DNA from: Octopus sinensis
Lineage: Eukaryota
DNA: 8,001 nt
Assembly: GCF_006345805.1 (NCBI RefSeq)
Contig: NW_021828702.1
Location: 1 to 8,001 of the forward strand
Direction: 5' to 3'
Shown here: in pieces, positions 7,241 through 8,001 of the stretch
Layout: each line of letters begins with the position of its first letter
How positions within the stretch are numbered: the first letter of the stretch is position 1
Program-made: the position numbers and the translations under genes
Notes under the pieces: model-generated
The model's database searches: none
What the model was told of the DNA's origin: nothing
The model's input: only the letters and a program-made list of their open reading frames with translations

Positions 7241-7622
7241 TTACTCTTTTGCTTGTATCGGTCATCTGACTGTGGCTATGCTGGAGCACCGCCTTTTAGT
7301 CGACCAAATTGATCCCAGGTCTTATTCTTGTAAGCCTAGTACTTATTCTATCGCTCTCTTTTGCCGAACCGCTAGTTACGGGGACGTAAACACACCAGCA
7401 TCAGTTGTCAAGCGATACTGGGGGGGGACAACACACACACACATATATATACACATATACACGACGGGCTTCTTTCAGTTTCCGTCTACCAAATCCACTC
7501 ACAAGGCTTTAGTCGGCCCGAGGCTATAGTAGAAGACACTTGCCCAAGGTGCTACGCAGTGGGACTGAACCCGGAACTATGTGGTTGATAAGCAAGCTTC
7601 ATACCACACAGCCACTCCTGCG
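7241..7622 (-). mobile_element. Near full-length tRNA-derived SINE of a second family, with a CORE-like segment and internal (TG)/(TA) tract (possibly Octopus OR2-like)
   Basis: Minus strand: A box TGGCTGTGTGG (7604-7614), B box GGTTCAGTCCC (7561-7571), ACCTTGGGCAAGTGTCTTCT (7531-7550) resembling the CORE-SINE core, and an A-rich tail ...AAAAGAGTAA at 7241-7250. The family label is from memory. Confidence 0.88.
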
Positions 7623-7738
7623 ACTTAGACAAATCACATATATGTTGCATCTAATGCACATATTATTGACGACACACAGACATGGCATTAACGACATATA
7701 CACGACACGAAATTGGCAACTGAAATCACGTGTTAACA

Positions 7739-7813
7739 GCAATGTATGACAAATGAATGATCGCAATGTATGACAAATGAATGATCGCAATGTATGACAA
7801 ATGAATGATCGCA
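7739..7813. repeat. Perfect 24-bp tandem repeat, 3 copies plus 3 nt
   Basis: GCAATGTATGACAAATGAATGATC at 7739, 7763 and 7787, then GCA. Confidence 0.97.
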
Positions 7814-8001
7814 CAGTTTGAACACATTTGCAGTTTCGCTTGAGGGCTTACACGAACTTTAAACAATAGTTTAAATATACTTATGCGCACAGACAAACAA
7901 ATATGCGTGTGAGATTGCGTGTGCTCATGTGTGTGTGTGTGCGTGGAAGGAGCGCGTGTGCACGCGTATATGCAGGTAATCATATAGATAATCATATACA
8001 C

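Noticed and set aside
7272-7749. ORFs 7272-7529 and 7540-7749
   Set aside because: They are antisense to the second SINE and run through its microsatellite or flank, with no protein-like features.

Overview
Eukaryotic, AT-rich, intronic or intergenic DNA. It is most likely from an Octopus genome; this is recognised from memory of the SINE families and the extreme (TA)n/(AAT)n/(GAT)n load, not from a database search. No complete protein-coding gene is supported, and the listed ORFs are almost all by-products of microsatellites or SINEs. Contents: (i) a TGCA-rich decayed repeat (1-655); (ii) a dense SINE cluster (639-1642) with two old relics, a head-to-tail array of 5'-truncated 184-bp SINE units with palindromic junctions, and an inverted copy that makes a fold-back; (iii) a ~950-bp compound trinucleotide microsatellite with a hidden poly-Asp frame; (iv) several kb of TA/TG/CT/AAT simple repeats, some with higher-order duplications; (v) a full-length SINE with a target-site duplication (6881-7112, +), tail-to-tail with a second tRNA-derived CORE-like SINE (7241-7622, -); (vi) a perfect 3x24-bp repeat. 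There are two candidate coding micro-exons with good splice signals, on opposite strands (2896-2930 +, 6720-6757 -). The headless SINE array and fold-back are the most interesting structures. I see no strong evidence for a wholly new biological system.
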